This document shows, piece after piece, positions 16,443-25,797 of a DNA stretch of 32,000 nt. The notes under the pieces were generated by a model. It had not been told where the DNA came from. It was given only the letters and a program-made list of their open reading frames with translations, and did no database searches. Made by a program: the position numbers and the translations under genes. This DNA comes from an uncultured Lentisphaeria bacterium (lineage in GTDB: Bacteria; Fidelibacterota; UBA8477; JABMPR01): assembly GCA_964578155.1 (NCBI GenBank), contig CAZOBQ010000004.1:10224-42223 (forward strand), given 5' to 3'. The first letter of the stretch is position 1. Every line of letters begins with the position of its first letter.

Positions 16443-17573
16443 CTAATACGCCTTTTCTTTTAAATCAGACAGTGATAGTTTTTTTAAATCCATTGCTCGC
16501 CACACATAAATGATATAAGCAATTACAAATGGGATCAAAAATGCAACATACGTCATGACTGTCAACGTGTAATGAGTGGATGATGCATTGTATATCGTTA
16601 GACTTGATTGCGGATGGGTCAGGCTCGGATATATGCAAGTTCCATTGTAGCCTACGAGAAAAAAGACAAGCAAACCAACGAGAAAGGTTCCCGCTCCACT
16701 ATACCAGATGCCATTATTGGCATTCTTAAATTTGGTGATATAGACACCCCATATTACCGTGCTCAGTCCGCCAAGAAGCAGTAGAAGATTCAGGGGATTA
16801 GCAAACAGGTTAGCTGAAAACTTGTAAGTCATTAACTCCACTTGTCCGCCCTGCACCACACCATATCCCGACATCAACAGTAGACTGACCAGGACAACCA
16901 CAAGGAAGACCAATTCAATCATAAAGTTCATGACTGTCGATTTTCTCAAGCGATCCTCAAGTAGCGGAGCAGAGTTAAAATCTAAATTATTCAGCAGGTA
17001 AAGAGCACCCAGCACTCTGGCATTAAAAACCAGGAATAAACCGAGACTCACGTTGAAATAATTAAAGGCTGCTTCTAATCCTCTGAGGGGGTGGGTCCAG
17101 GTCACAAAATTGTAATCATTCAGGCTAAAATTTGCACCGGTAAAAAACGTTCCAACGGCTGTTCCAATCAGCAAAATGCCAAGTGTCCCATTGATCAAAA
17201 GAAACACTTCATAAGTCTTTTGACCCAAAAAGTTATTGGGCTTTTTGCGATACTCATAACTTACCGCTTGGATAATAAAGGAAAATAAAATGATGGTCCA
17301 CACCCAATAAGCCCCACCAAAGCTGGTTGAATATAATTTCGGAAAGGCGGCAAAAATGGCTCCACCAAAGGTAACCAAGGTAGTGTATGTCAACTCCCAC
17401 TTGCGTCCCAGTGAATTGACGATAAGGGTTTTTTCATCTTCTGTCTTTGCCACATCAAACAGCAGGGTTTGTCCCCCTTGCACGAAGCTGAGGAAAAGAA
17501 AAAGAGCGCCCAGGGTGGCTATAAGTAACCACCATATTTCTTGCAAAGTCGTTATGTCTAGGTTGCCAATCAT
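16443..17573 (-). CDS. cydB: Cytochrome bd-type quinol oxidase subunit II
   Basis: 376-aa polytopic membrane protein that overlaps cydA by 4 nt (ATGA). Size and hydrophobicity pattern are typical of CydB. Confidence 0.88.
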   Translation of the reverse strand: MIGNLDITTLQEIWWLLIATLGALFLFLSFVQGGQTLLFDVAKTEDEKTLIVNSLGRKWELTYTTLVTFGGAIFAAFPKLYSTSFGGAYWVWTIILFSFIIQAVSYEYRKKPNNFLGQKTYEVFLLINGTLGILLIGTAVGTFFTGANFSLNDYNFVTWTHPLRGLEAAFNYFNVSLGLFLVFNARVLGALYLLNNLDFNSAPLLEDRLRKSTVMNFMIELVFLVVVLVSLLLMSGYGVVQGGQVELMTYKFSANLFANPLNLLLLLGGLSTVIWGVYITKFKNANNGIWYSGAGTFLVGLLVFFLVGYNGTCIYPSLTHPQSSLTIYNASSTHYTLTVMTYVAFLIPFVIAYIIYVWRAMDLKKLSLSDLKEKAY

Positions 17574-19108
17574 TTCACTTCCTCCGGACCTTTTTTAATC
17601 TGGGTGAGCATAATTTTTACCTCTGCAATGAGGAGCACCGTAAAAAGGGTTAAAAACATAAAAAAGGTTGCTGCAACAGTACCAGTATCCAGATTGGTGC
17701 GCGCAATACTCACCGGTAACATGTCCTGAATGGCCCAGGGCTGACGACCTACCTCAGCTACTGCCCAGCCTGTTTCCTGAGCTATTATCCCCAGAAAAAA
17801 CATGGGAAGGCCAATGATCAAGAGCCACTTGAGTTGTTCAATATTCCCTTTTAAGATAAAGAAGAGAAAGGCGGCGAAAACGGTAACAAAAAGTCCAGCC
17901 AGGATGACCATGATATGGAAACTATAAAACATAATTCCTACTGGCGGAACCGCATCTTCCGGTTTCTCAAGAAAACCGTATCCAAAGTATGCTTCATTCT
18001 CCCTGAAGTTCGCTAGGGCGATACTAGCCTGAATCGTATCACCAGCTTTTTGGGCCGCTTTGTAATCTGCTAAACTTTTTACCGCAATCTTACCTAATGG
18101 AATCTTTTGTTTGGCACCCATGATGCCTTCTGCTTCATTGCCGTAGACCAAATCATTTATTCCAGCTACATACCCCACGGTGGAGCGCTGTGCTAATAGA
18201 GAGAGTACGCCTGGTATTTTTAACTTAAAGTGGAAAGATTTTAGACTGTCACCTGGCTTTTTGTTTGTATTAACAATCCCCATTGCCACTAACCCAGAGG
18301 GATCCGCTCCATCAAAATGCCCTTCAAAGGCCGCCAACTTCATAGGTTGATGTTGTGCATCTTCATACGCTGCCTCATCTCCTGAAAACCCAACAAAGAG
18401 TGAAGCAATCAGACCAAAAGTGGCCGCAACAACAATGGACCGTTTAGCAAATAATTGATGTCTCTTTTTAAGAAGGTACCAGGCTGAAACAGAGATCACA
18501 AAAAGGGATGCTAGCACAAAACTAGAACTGGTCGTATGGGTAAATTTTGAAACTGCGACGGGAGACAACAGCACTTCCATAAAGTCCTGCATTTCAAATC
18601 TTGCAGTATCAGGATTGAACTTCATTCCGACTGGGTATTGCATCCAGGCATTAGCAACCAGAATCCATAGGGCTGAAAGATTTGAACCGAGAGCCACCAT
18701 ATATGTTGAAACCAGATGGAATTTTTTTGAAACCCGATCCCACCCAAAAAACATGACGGCAAAGAAAGTGGATTCCAGGAAGAAAGCAGCGATTCCCTCA
18801 ATGGCTAACGGTGCTCCAAAAATATCGCCTACCATCCAGGAGTAGTTTGACCAGTTTGTGCCAAATTCAAACTCAAGAATAATCCCAGTTGCAACACCAA
18901 TAGCAAAATTGATCCCAAACAGCTTCATCCAAAACTTGGTTAAGCGCGACCATGACTCGTCCCCGGTGCGATAATAAATTGTTTCATAAAAAGCAATAAT
19001 CCAAGATAGCCCCAATGTAAGCGGTACAAAAATCCAGTGATACATTGCCGTTAAGGCAAATAAGGCTCTCGCCCAATTCACCATTTCCACATTTATGGTT
19101 TCGACCAT
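17570..19108 (-). CDS. cydA: Cytochrome bd-type quinol oxidase subunit I
   Basis: 512 aa with the conserved GRQPW motif (EVGRQPWAIQD), an N-terminal haem-ligand region and a Q-loop region. Confidence 0.9.
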   Translation of the reverse strand: MVETINVEMVNWARALFALTAMYHWIFVPLTLGLSWIIAFYETIYYRTGDESWSRLTKFWMKLFGINFAIGVATGIILEFEFGTNWSNYSWMVGDIFGAPLAIEGIAAFFLESTFFAVMFFGWDRVSKKFHLVSTYMVALGSNLSALWILVANAWMQYPVGMKFNPDTARFEMQDFMEVLLSPVAVSKFTHTTSSSFVLASLFVISVSAWYLLKKRHQLFAKRSIVVAATFGLIASLFVGFSGDEAAYEDAQHQPMKLAAFEGHFDGADPSGLVAMGIVNTNKKPGDSLKSFHFKLKIPGVLSLLAQRSTVGYVAGINDLVYGNEAEGIMGAKQKIPLGKIAVKSLADYKAAQKAGDTIQASIALANFRENEAYFGYGFLEKPEDAVPPVGIMFYSFHIMVILAGLFVTVFAAFLFFILKGNIEQLKWLLIIGLPMFFLGIIAQETGWAVAEVGRQPWAIQDMLPVSIARTNLDTGTVAATFFMFLTLFTVLLIAEVKIMLTQIKKGPEEVK

Positions 19109-19118
19109 GAACTAGCTC

Positions 19119-19409
19119 CTATTCGATATCTTTTACAATTATTTGTTTGTTCGTCAATTCATTGAGTACATGTTCTGCTCTTGCTTCATCCGTGCTAAAA
19201 TTGCTTTTAAGGAAATTCGGAAAGATGAAGACTTTCAGAATGGCAAACATAATCACCAGTTTAACTATGATAATTTTCCATAGAGAACGACCCAGAGTCA
19301 TGCGCCTGAATCCATCCCGATAAAAACGGTAAATCCTGATCGGTTGTGACAGATAATTCATAATGTAATTATAATGACTAGCTGCCTTTTGGCAACTATT
19401 TAGTTTCAT
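19119..19409 (-). CDS. DUF4492-family small membrane protein preceding cydA
   Basis: IYRFYRDGFRRMTLGRSLWKIIIVKLVIMFAILKVFIFPNFL matches the DUF4492 pattern found upstream of cydAB in Bacteroidota-like genomes. The true start may be the internal ATG at 19361. Confidence 0.7.
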   Translation of the reverse strand: MKLNSCQKAASHYNYIMNYLSQPIRIYRFYRDGFRRMTLGRSLWKIIIVKLVIMFAILKVFIFPNFLKSNFSTDEARAEHVLNELTNKQIIVKDIE

Positions 19410-19582
19410 TAATTTTTCTATATTTTAGCTTTTTTAACATCAGGACTTTAAGTTTTTAGGGTCAACCGTTTTGTCACCGAGCACGTAGGCCGTGGGAATG
19501 GTCAATGATCACCTTGGCAGGGTGTTTTTAGTATATTGAGGTACTGCAATAATCTTGATCTAAGGCTGGGTCTTAATCCCGA

Positions 19583-19606
19583 CGGGGATCCAAATCCCCG
19601 CCTTGC
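19583..19606. repeat. Second copy of the tRNA T-arm-like hairpin (CGGGGAT-CCAA-ATCCCCG plus GCCTTGC tail)
   Basis: It matches 1279-1302 at 21 of 24 positions. It lies 6 nt beyond the dinB stop (minus strand), within the cyd operon upstream region. Confidence 0.5.
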
Positions 19607-19612
19607 GTATAC

Positions 19613-20704
19613 TCATGTACTCAAATTGAACGAAAGTTGCCCACGAGGCTCAGTGAAGTGTGATCCAGCAACCCCCAACAGACGTACAGGTTCTCCAGGT
19701 ATCCAGTTCCTTACCAGTAACTTGCTTACTATCCTGTAGATTTCGAGGCCATCATCCAATGGCTCTGAAACTGTGTGTTGGCGAGTAAAGGTGGTAAAAT
19801 CACCATAGCGCATTTTGATGCTGATAGTGGCAGCCATAAATTTTTTCTTTTTTAATTGTTCCGACACTTTGAAACTAAGTTTCTCCAAAATATCCAGCAG
19901 TTCTTCCTGAAGGACAATATTTGTCGAGAAGGTACGCTCTGTACTGATGGATTTTGTCTCTCTTTCCTCCTCTACTGGTCGATCATCAATCCCCTTTGCC
20001 CAACGAGTCATAGCTTGGCCGAGTTTGCCAAACTGTTTTACCAATTTATCTTCTGATATACTTGCCATATCTGAGATAGTATAAATTCCATATTTTGCCA
20101 GACGCTCATTGGTTTTGGGACCAATTCCCGGGATTTTTTTCACAGGAAGGGGTGATAAAAATGCAAGCTCCGTTCCGGGTGTTACCACAGTCAGTCCGTT
20201 GGGCTTCTGAAAATCTGATGCGATCTTGGCAATCATCTTATTGGTGGCTATCCCCACTGAGATTGATAAACCAATGTCTCTCGATATTCGTAATTGTATC
20301 CTTCGAGCAATCTCAGTTGACTGGACCCACTCATCTATTTCATCACTTAAATCCAGATATGCTTCATCTATACTGACTTGCTGAATAATGGGTGATTCAG
20401 CCTTAAGGATTCCCATAATCACTTTGGAATACATCCTATACAGACCGTGTTGAGTGGATATAATGATAAGATCATTACACCGTCTCATAGCCTCTATCAT
20501 AGGCATGGCTGAGTGAATCCCATACTTTCTAGCGGGATAAGACGCAGCAGCGACCACACCCCGATTTTCACTACGGCCCCCAACTACAATCGGTTTTCCC
20601 GCTAGTGATGGATCCCGTAAAACCTCAACGGCACAAAAAAAGGCATCCATATCCAGATGCATGATGGCACGGGGTTTATTTGTGTAAGGCTGGTTGCTTA
20701 GCAT
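19613..20704 (-). CDS. dinB: DNA polymerase IV (Y-family translesion polymerase)
   Basis: 363 aa with the MHLDMDAFFCAVE catalytic motif, SIDEAYLD and a helix-hairpin-helix region (IPGIGPKT). Confidence 0.92.
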   Translation of the reverse strand: MLSNQPYTNKPRAIMHLDMDAFFCAVEVLRDPSLAGKPIVVGGRSENRGVVAAASYPARKYGIHSAMPMIEAMRRCNDLIIISTQHGLYRMYSKVIMGILKAESPIIQQVSIDEAYLDLSDEIDEWVQSTEIARRIQLRISRDIGLSISVGIATNKMIAKIASDFQKPNGLTVVTPGTELAFLSPLPVKKIPGIGPKTNERLAKYGIYTISDMASISEDKLVKQFGKLGQAMTRWAKGIDDRPVEEERETKSISTERTFSTNIVLQEELLDILEKLSFKVSEQLKKKKFMAATISIKMRYGDFTTFTRQHTVSEPLDDGLEIYRIVSKLLVRNWIPGEPVRLLGVAGSHFTEPRGQLSFNLST

Positions 20705-20729
20705 CTAAAGCATATAATATAAGCTACAC

Positions 20730-22073
20730 CTATTTAAAACTGATATTCAGTTCAAGAGCTGGTATTAATGATAATTTATTATTAGAATCCCATACAGAAA
20801 GAGCAGTTGGATTCAGAGAGATTCGGTTTGAGTTAGCTTTGGCTAGGGATCCATCTGGACCGATATCCAACATCTTTCTTGTGAGCCATGTTCCTGTCCC
20901 ATAACCTGCTAATGCCAATGTGAGCATAGGCTCCTTATTTGTTATGTCCAACAAAATTGCTGTTCCAAATCCGAAAACCACTCCTGAACCTGATCCCAAC
21001 ATCATTAGTGTAGACTGTCCAAAAGTAAAATCATCGTCCTCGATCCATCGGTCATACATATAAACATGGCCAATTGCACCCAGGGAGGCCATGAGGAAAA
21101 ACATATCCTCATCACCATCATCAAAGAAGAGTGATTGAAGCATCATGGTGTTGAAATATCCGTATCCCCATCCCTGCATGAGCATGAGGGCGTCCCCAAA
21201 GGTGTATTGCTTATCGCTGGTTAGATAATAACCCGCCGCGATACCAGCAGGATAAGCAATTAACTGGGTAACCGTCTTTCTTGTATCCCAGTCATCCATT
21301 TCCTTATCATGTTCATCCCAGGCAGCCTGATCATAATTTCCCCATTGATCCCAACTGTCTTCTGGCTGTTTTGGTTGCTCATCTACAACGCTATGTGCCA
21401 ATCCTGCTGTTATACCTGCTATACCTGTCCACATGCTCCAAGCCCAGGCTTGGCCGTTGGTTGGATTATATTTTTCGAATAGAATTTCTCCAGCATAATG
21501 GCCCGCTGGTATAGAGCCCATCAAAACCCACATCCAGACGGTTTCCTTTTCATGGCCATCTCCACCATCCAATTCCAGGAGTTGATTAATACCGAGACCA
21601 TATCGAAGACCTAGAAGTGACCCGTAGCGCATCATCTGTGTTCGAGCATGTGACATTTCCATATCTTTTGTATATTTGTAGGTCAGATAGAAAGCTCCAC
21701 CTGCCGACATCATAGTGCCACCAACATACCACCGGCCATCATCTGCATGCAGAACATAGGGAATTCCCCAGCCATACAGTCCAGCACCAATTACAATATT
21801 TTGAAGAACTAAAGGCCAGCGACCCGATTTATCCAATGTTTGACTAGATTTAATTGTCAACTGTGGTTTCGGTGCTTTACTCTGATCAACAGCTGTGGAT
21901 TGAGCCCCTATAATATCCAACAAAGCCTTTTCATCAGCACTGATAATACTGTCCTTCATGACTACATCCCAGGCTTGTTCATAGGCTGATTTTACTCGTA
22001 AGGAATCAGCTTGTTGAGCAAAAGAAGTTCCGAAAGATATGATCAAAATTATACCAGGCAGAATTGTTTTCAA
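20730..22073 (-). CDS. Secreted/membrane protein of unknown family, Gly- and aromatic-rich
   Basis: 447 aa with an N-terminal signal peptide (ILIISFGTSFAQQ). About ten short Gly/aromatic-rich hydrophobic segments are present, plus an acidic Trp-rich linker (EDSWDQWGNYDQAAWDEHDKEMDDWD). I recognise no family. Confidence 0.6.
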   Translation of the reverse strand: MKTILPGIILIISFGTSFAQQADSLRVKSAYEQAWDVVMKDSIISADEKALLDIIGAQSTAVDQSKAPKPQLTIKSSQTLDKSGRWPLVLQNIVIGAGLYGWGIPYVLHADDGRWYVGGTMMSAGGAFYLTYKYTKDMEMSHARTQMMRYGSLLGLRYGLGINQLLELDGGDGHEKETVWMWVLMGSIPAGHYAGEILFEKYNPTNGQAWAWSMWTGIAGITAGLAHSVVDEQPKQPEDSWDQWGNYDQAAWDEHDKEMDDWDTRKTVTQLIAYPAGIAAGYYLTSDKQYTFGDALMLMQGWGYGYFNTMMLQSLFFDDGDEDMFFLMASLGAIGHVYMYDRWIEDDDFTFGQSTLMMLGSGSGVVFGFGTAILLDITNKEPMLTLALAGYGTGTWLTRKMLDIGPDGSLAKANSNRISLNPTALSVWDSNNKLSLIPALELNISFK

Positions 22074-22233
22074 AATCGCCCCCTTGGTTGAGATGGAAGT
22101 TAATCATTTATGTTGCCTGGCTAAAGTATAATCGAACTTATTTAGTTCTATCGTCTATTGCAAATCGGTCATTACTAGCTTATTTAGTATCGAAATTATT
22201 GAACTAATTTCAGTTAAGGATATTCATGACGAT

Positions 22234-24318
22234 ATGAGCGTTCCTCCAAATAAAGAACAGATAAAAAAACTCCGGCAGCAGCTCAATCAACGCCGTGCTC
22301 GCTATGTCGGGCTCCAGAATCTCTTGTTCAAAATAAAATCTTTTGATCAACTATTTGTGATGATCATGGCCATGCTAATCGGCGTCTTTGCTGGGGTCAT
22401 CTCAGCTGGTTTTCGCACGCTGATTGACTCTTTTCGCCATGGATTGTGGGGTGAAGGCGCACTCATAGATGTTGTTATGGCTGCACCAATATATATGAAA
22501 ATTGGTATCCCAGCTGTAGGGGGAGCCCTTGTGGCATGGAGCGTTAATCGCTTTGCGCCTGAAGCCAAGGGACATGGTGTGCCTGAGGTAATGAATGCCG
22601 TTGCTACTCAAAATGGCTTTATTCGTATGCGTGTTGTTGTGATAAAGGCTTTTGCCTCTGCCATGTCTATTGCTACGGGTGCCTCTGTTGGACGTGAAGG
22701 TCCCATCGTTCAAATTGGTTCAGCATTTGGTTCTACAATAGGGCAACTATTTCAGGTATCCATCAGGCGCATGAAAACGTTTATCGGTTGTGGTGCCGCA
22801 GCTGGAATCGCGGCAACATTCAATGCCCCAATAGCTGGGGCTATTTTTGCCTCTGAAGTTATCCTTGGAGATTTCAGTGCCGCTGCCATTGGTCCCATTA
22901 TTATTGCCTCGGTTTTTGGTACTGTTGTGAGTCGTGGTCTATATGGAGATTTTCCCGCTTTTGTCCCTCCGACTTACACCCTGCATTCACCTATTGAAAT
23001 AATCTTTTATATCATCCTGGGTATTGTTACTGGAGTAGTGGCCTGGTTCTTTGTTCGCTCTCTCTACAAGACAGAAGATCTGTTTGATGCATGGAAAGCC
23101 CCTGTAGCACTCAAAGGCCTATTGGGTGGCGCCCTTTTGGGAGGTGTTGCCGTTTATCTGCCTCAAATTTTGGGTGTAGGCTATGAAACCATGGAATCCG
23201 TACTCAGTGGTAATCTGGGTTTTGCCATTGCGGCAGGACTGGTCCTGGCCAAAATTTTTGCAACCAGTCTCTCCATGGGTTTTGGTGCATCCGGAGGCGT
23301 CTTTGCCCCTTCATTATTTATTGGATCCATGCTTGGTGGAGCTTTTGGGCTTATTATTCATAGTCTTTTCCCTGAGATCACCGCCAGTAGTGGCGCCTAT
23401 GCTTTGGTTGGAATGGCAGCTATGGTAGCTGCAACCACGCATGCCCCGGTTACTGCAGTTCTCATTATTTTTGAGATGACCACAGAGTACACTGTCATTC
23501 TCCCTCTCATGATTACCAGTATCATTGCCCTAATCATATCATCCAGACTCCTGAATGGCTCAAATATCTATACTTTGAAGCTTATCCGTCGCGGTATTGA
23601 TATCTTTGGTGGCAAGGATATCAATGTCCTCGATAAAATCAGTGTAAGCACCTTGAAGAAAAAGATTGTTGACACTGTTCCGCAGACCATGACTCTCCAG
23701 GAACTACTGGAAAAAATATCGGTGAGTGCTGCCTCAAATTTTTACGTGAAAGATGAAAACAATCGACTCAGTGGAATCATTACTCATTCTGCCATGCGTC
23801 GCTATTTAAATCATCACGAAGACATTCCAGTGGATGCTACTGTAAAAGACATGATGAACCGGCAGTTTGAAATTATTTCCGATATTACTCCTGTTCATGA
23901 GGTGTTACGTAAGATGATCGAAATGGATCTGGAAGCCATGCCTGTAGTGGACGAGGACCTCAAATTAAATGGAGAAGTAGAACGATCAGCGATCGTCCAT
24001 CAGTATCAGGAATTATTAATTCATGCTGAATCTGCGAAAGCAGTGGCCCATTCCATGAAGTTCATCCAAAAGCAATACCATGAGAAGACAGAAGTTTTGC
24101 CTGGTTTTTTTATTGCACGGATCAATGCACCCTCAACTTTTGTGAATCAGTCCCTGAAGTCACTTAATGTGAGACAGACCTATGGTGTTGATATTCTTCT
24201 CATACGGAGAGAAGACAGGGATATCATTCCTGAGGTCAATGATAAGCTTAAACTTGCAGATCAACTTCTCGTCTTTGGAGAGCAAGTGCGTGTCGAAGCC
24301 CTGTGTGAGCTGCTTTAG
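22234..24318 (+). CDS. ClC-family chloride channel / H+-Cl- exchanger with C-terminal CBS pair and TrkA_C (RCK_C) domain
   Basis: 694 aa with selectivity-filter motifs GHGVPE, GREGP and GVFAPS. It has a CBS-like region, and a terminal segment (RINAPSTFVNQSLKSLNV...VFGEQVRVEAL) typical of TrkA_C. Confidence 0.88.
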   Translation: MSVPPNKEQIKKLRQQLNQRRARYVGLQNLLFKIKSFDQLFVMIMAMLIGVFAGVISAGFRTLIDSFRHGLWGEGALIDVVMAAPIYMKIGIPAVGGALVAWSVNRFAPEAKGHGVPEVMNAVATQNGFIRMRVVVIKAFASAMSIATGASVGREGPIVQIGSAFGSTIGQLFQVSIRRMKTFIGCGAAAGIAATFNAPIAGAIFASEVILGDFSAAAIGPIIIASVFGTVVSRGLYGDFPAFVPPTYTLHSPIEIIFYIILGIVTGVVAWFFVRSLYKTEDLFDAWKAPVALKGLLGGALLGGVAVYLPQILGVGYETMESVLSGNLGFAIAAGLVLAKIFATSLSMGFGASGGVFAPSLFIGSMLGGAFGLIIHSLFPEITASSGAYALVGMAAMVAATTHAPVTAVLIIFEMTTEYTVILPLMITSIIALIISSRLLNGSNIYTLKLIRRGIDIFGGKDINVLDKISVSTLKKKIVDTVPQTMTLQELLEKISVSAASNFYVKDENNRLSGIITHSAMRRYLNHHEDIPVDATVKDMMNRQFEIISDITPVHEVLRKMIEMDLEAMPVVDEDLKLNGEVERSAIVHQYQELLIHAESAKAVAHSMKFIQKQYHEKTEVLPGFFIARINAPSTFVNQSLKSLNVRQTYGVDILLIRREDRDIIPEVNDKLKLADQLLVFGEQVRVEALCELL

Positions 24319-24468
24319 CCTTCTTTACTTTTTTCAAGCCTAACCTTCCTTCAGTTCAGTTTCTCAAACTTATTTCATCAGTATAGGGTTATCCACTTTA
24401 ATTGTTTGCAATTGAGACTGATTCGCGTTATTATTGCGTGTTAATAACAAGAATAAAGGATTTTATCT

Positions 24469-25167
24469 GTGAAAATAAAACTAGCACTGCTCTTGATCAC
24501 TGGCCTTCTGGCCATTCAAGTCCATGGCGATGGTCGTCGTTATGTTTGGACCTACGAATATCAAACGCTCCATAAGGGAGATGCAGAACTTGAAAGTTAT
24601 ACGGAATTCTCTCATATGGATACCGATTCAGGTCGTCAGGCAGCAACCTCTTTACAATACGAGTATGAAATTGGGATGAATGAGCGTTTTGATGTCGGAA
24701 TTTATCAAAAATTCAAGCAAGCTTATGATTCCCCCCTCTCCTATGATGGGTTTAAATTGCGTTTCCGCTACCGCTTGAGAGAGAAACGTCAGTGGTTTAT
24801 GGATCCCTTGATCTATCTCGAATACAAAAGCAACTCTGCCCTTAATGATAACGTGCTTGAGACCAAACTTATTTTAGCCCGAGATTTTGACAAATTTAAC
24901 CTTTCACTGAATCCGGTGCTGGAGTTTGAGTTCGGAGAAGATGAAACGGAGACGAAGTTTGAATATACAAGTGGTTTGAGTTATGAGTTGCACCCGCTGT
25001 TAACATTAGGCCTTGAGCTTAAGGGTGATACAGAGAGTTACTATTGGGGTCCAACTATCTCCCATGGAAAAGAAGAATTGTGGTTTGCTATTGGCTTGCT
25101 AACTCCCGGTACTTCTGGGGCAGAGCTTGACCGCAAGATACGCTTCATTATTGGAGTAGGGTTGTAG
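24469..25167 (+). CDS. Small secreted protein, probable outer-membrane beta-barrel, unknown family
   Basis: 232 aa with a GTG start and signal peptide (LALLLITGLLAIQVHG). It shows alternating hydrophobic/aromatic strand-like segments and a C-terminal IRFIIGVGL. Confidence 0.6.
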   Translation: MKIKLALLLITGLLAIQVHGDGRRYVWTYEYQTLHKGDAELESYTEFSHMDTDSGRQAATSLQYEYEIGMNERFDVGIYQKFKQAYDSPLSYDGFKLRFRYRLREKRQWFMDPLIYLEYKSNSALNDNVLETKLILARDFDKFNLSLNPVLEFEFGEDETETKFEYTSGLSYELHPLLTLGLELKGDTESYYWGPTISHGKEELWFAIGLLTPGTSGAELDRKIRFIIGVGL

Positions 25168-25187
25168 AAATTTTTCACACCTCTGTT

Positions 25188-25305
25188 TCGTCACCCCGAG
25201 CGGAGTCGAGGGGCATCAAATGCTGGAGATGTCAATCAAACAACTATATTATTTCGGGAATGAAACCTAGAAATCACTATCCCTCGACTCCGCTCGGGAT
25301 GACGA
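25188..25305. repeat. Palindromic repeat element (copy C): 25-bp inverted arms TCGTCACCCCGAGCGGAGTCGAGGG / CCCTCGACTCCGCTCGGGATGACGA
   Basis: The arms at 25188-25212 and 25281-25305 are complementary with one mismatch and separated by a 68-nt spacer. The element lies between convergent genes. The same arm module also occurs at 31595-31617. Confidence 0.75.
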
Positions 25306-25324
25306 CAAATGAAAACCGATCTAA

Positions 25325-25786
25325 CTAAGGTTTATTCCAGTAATCTTCCATTAGTTCAGAAACCCAGGGCGGTTGTTTTACATCCTTAGGGAGAAACTCT
25401 TGGAATACGGGCTTAATATCCAGGACAGGTGAACCATTCACTGCATCTAAGCCCTGAACTGTAAAAGTCCGCCCTTCCACACTTAGAATACGGACAACAG
25501 TGAGTCCAATGGGGTTTGGATGATGCACTGACCTTTGGGCAAGGCGACCTACGTTGGGCCATTCCTGATTGTCTCTAGGATGTCGAGTGGGAGGCAATTC
25601 TGGATCTACAATCATACGATCAAAAGAGAAGATGACCTCAGCATGCGAAAATGAGTCTAGACCCTTCAAAAGTTTTGGAGAGAGATTCTCATTCAGAGTG
25701 ATTTCAGAAACTACGTCTCCCCAATTGTCATCATGAAGTTCATCACGATGATTGGAGACAGTAGCAATAGCTTCGAGTTGAATCAA
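25325..25786 (-). CDS. trmO: TsaA/TrmO-family tRNA (m6t6A37) methyltransferase-like protein
   Basis: 153 aa with the HPNPIGLTVVRILSVEGRTFTVQGLDAVNGSPVLDIKPV signature of the UPF0066/TsaA family. Confidence 0.82.
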   Translation of the reverse strand: MIQLEAIATVSNHRDELHDDNWGDVVSEITLNENLSPKLLKGLDSFSHAEVIFSFDRMIVDPELPPTRHPRDNQEWPNVGRLAQRSVHHPNPIGLTVVRILSVEGRTFTVQGLDAVNGSPVLDIKPVFQEFLPKDVKQPPWVSELMEDYWNKP

Positions 25787-25797
25787 CAGTGTTTCTC

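Noticed and set aside
19536-19739. A 67-aa plus-strand ORF across the hairpin and the dinB 3' end.
   Set aside because: It overlaps dinB antisense and includes the repeat hairpin, and it has no supporting signals.
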